Program-made: the position numbers and the translations under genes | In this document: piece by piece, positions 62,546-64,000 of the stretch | Layout: each line of letters begins with the position of its first letter | How positions within the stretch are numbered: position 1 is the stretch's first letter | Notes under the pieces: model-generated | The model's input: only the letters and a program-made list of their open reading frames with translations | Told to the model about the DNA's origin: nothing | Database searches by the model: none | Assembly: GCA_964187785.1 (NCBI GenBank) | Contig: OZ076411.1 | Location: 87,730,001 to 87,794,000, forward strand | Source: Amphiscolops sp. MND2022 | Lineage: Eukaryota | Direction: 5' to 3' | DNA: 64,000 bases

Positions 62546-62896
62546 AACAAGCCGGAACGGCCCAAGTCGGCGCCATATCTAAGGCTCAAAAATAGCAAAA
62601 GGACTTCAAAGTGTCAATTATTCTCTTCTACAGTACCCGCATGACGAAAAAATATCGATTATTTTTCAATTCTTTTTGGTCCCCGGGAAGTCGCATAGTG
62701 CCGAAAAATGTAAAAGGGGACCTCAAAAAAGCCTAATCAACCTCTATCTCAGTGCCAGTAGAAGTAGTGTGACATTTAGTGTTAGTTCAAGTCAGCTTAT
62801 AAAGCTTATAAAATCTATCACTTCGTTGGTCTTAAAAAATGAAAAAAAGTCACTACTATAATCTGCGTTTTCTACGAAAAGCGCCGACTAAAAAAA
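62546..62896 (+). mobile_element. Helentron/HINE-like repeat copy
   Basis: Termini similar to 2985-3523. Confidence 0.5.
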
Positions 62897-63345
62897 CCAG
62901 TGACACTGCTATAGTTGTTGCATAATCTGATGATAAAATATCAGATACGTTTTTAGAAAAAAACCTTACACCTTCCGGTTGCGGATATTTGAAAACTAAG
63001 AATTATCGGAGTATTTTGAACAACTAAAGTCTTTTTTCTGTTTTGTCACAGCAAGTTTTTAAAATAATGCAGAGACACTATAAAATTGAAAAGGGTACCA
63101 TTTGACTGAATGAAAAATCTTTCGAAAAAGAGTCGCACAGTGCCGAAAAAACCGTATGTCTTTTCCACGATCATTGAGAACACTCTCATCAGTACCACTG
63201 GACCAAAAATGACCCCCGGCACTGGTTAAAGATAAGCATGTGGTCAGGCTTTCCATAGGATAAGCTCAATCTGTAATCAGTTGTGATCTGGAAAATCTCA
63301 GAAAATATTCCTCACTCATTAGCAAGTGCTTTTCACCCGCACCAG

Positions 63346-63531
63346 GTGATATGAAACTGGATCTTCTCTCTGGAACCCAGGTCGAACTAGCAGCCCAGAG
63401 CGGAACTCTGGCAAGTGCCAACAACTCTAGGACGGAAGCATCTCGTGATAATGTCTACTCGGAGAAGCAGGAATACGTCAACTCAGAATACACGACACAA
63501 CCCAATCCACAGAATGTCGCCGCAACTCCAG
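63346..63531 (+). CDS. Host exon, phase 1 to 1
   Basis: CACCAG acceptor, G/GTTAGA donor; TEASRDNVYSE..VNSEYTTQPN. Confidence 0.65.
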
Positions 63532-64000
63532 GTTAGAATTTCACTCATTTTCCCTTCGTTTGGGGTAACATTTTGGTGGTATGATCATGTGAAAATTAAT
63601 TCATGAAATTATATTACGATTTTAACGAGTTCCGAAATTGGAGATCTAATAAACGTTCTTTGTTTGCTTTCATTCTGGCAAGTTTCAGAAAAACTCGGAA
63701 AATGTGTTAATACTTCGAATATAGAGCTTTTTATTGTTATATGCGTGAAATCAAAAAACAGTATTAGTGTGTTCAAATTGAAAAATTAATAACATCGGCA
63801 TTGATCAGAGTCGAAACCGACGCACGCCATAGCAAGACCGAAGACATTTAGGAGACACAATCAAATGCCATTTGTATTTGATATCAACAGTTTCGATGAA
63901 GTGCAGCTTTCATTGCAATGAGCCATACCTTCCGAAATCATTCGGGTTTGTGGTTGAGTTTGGTCGTTGAGTTGCGCTAGGGACAAAATGCTGACAAAAA

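Overview
AT-rich, repeat-dense eukaryotic (invertebrate-like) DNA. No prokaryotic genes, rRNA or CRISPR. It holds: (1) a near-intact 6.1-kb Ty3/Gypsy element (3643-9780, minus); (2) two paralogous small secreted Cys-rich peptide genes (10.7-13.1 kb, minus), one with a hAT-type MITE in its leader; (3) an 18.7-kb retrovirus-like Ty3/Gypsy element (14887-33576, minus) with 2.06-kb LTRs, gag, a -1 frameshifted pol carrying a TARG1/OARD1-type macrodomain, a packed cassette of five small unknown ORFs, a five-unit TATA-containing repeat array, a viral-type envelope glycoprotein and a coiled-coil plus TRAF/MATH gene; this copy has several stops and frameshifts; (4) a diverged solo LTR of that family (37925-39606); (5) a multi-exon plus-strand host gene for a low-complexity protein (36.2-63.5 kb) whose introns contain satellites, an old Gypsy (50476-55454) and a 2.3-kb tandem duplication that copies one exon; (6) many non-autonomous repeats. 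The cargo-laden element is the main discovery candidate. All domain calls come from motif recognition by eye; no searches were run.
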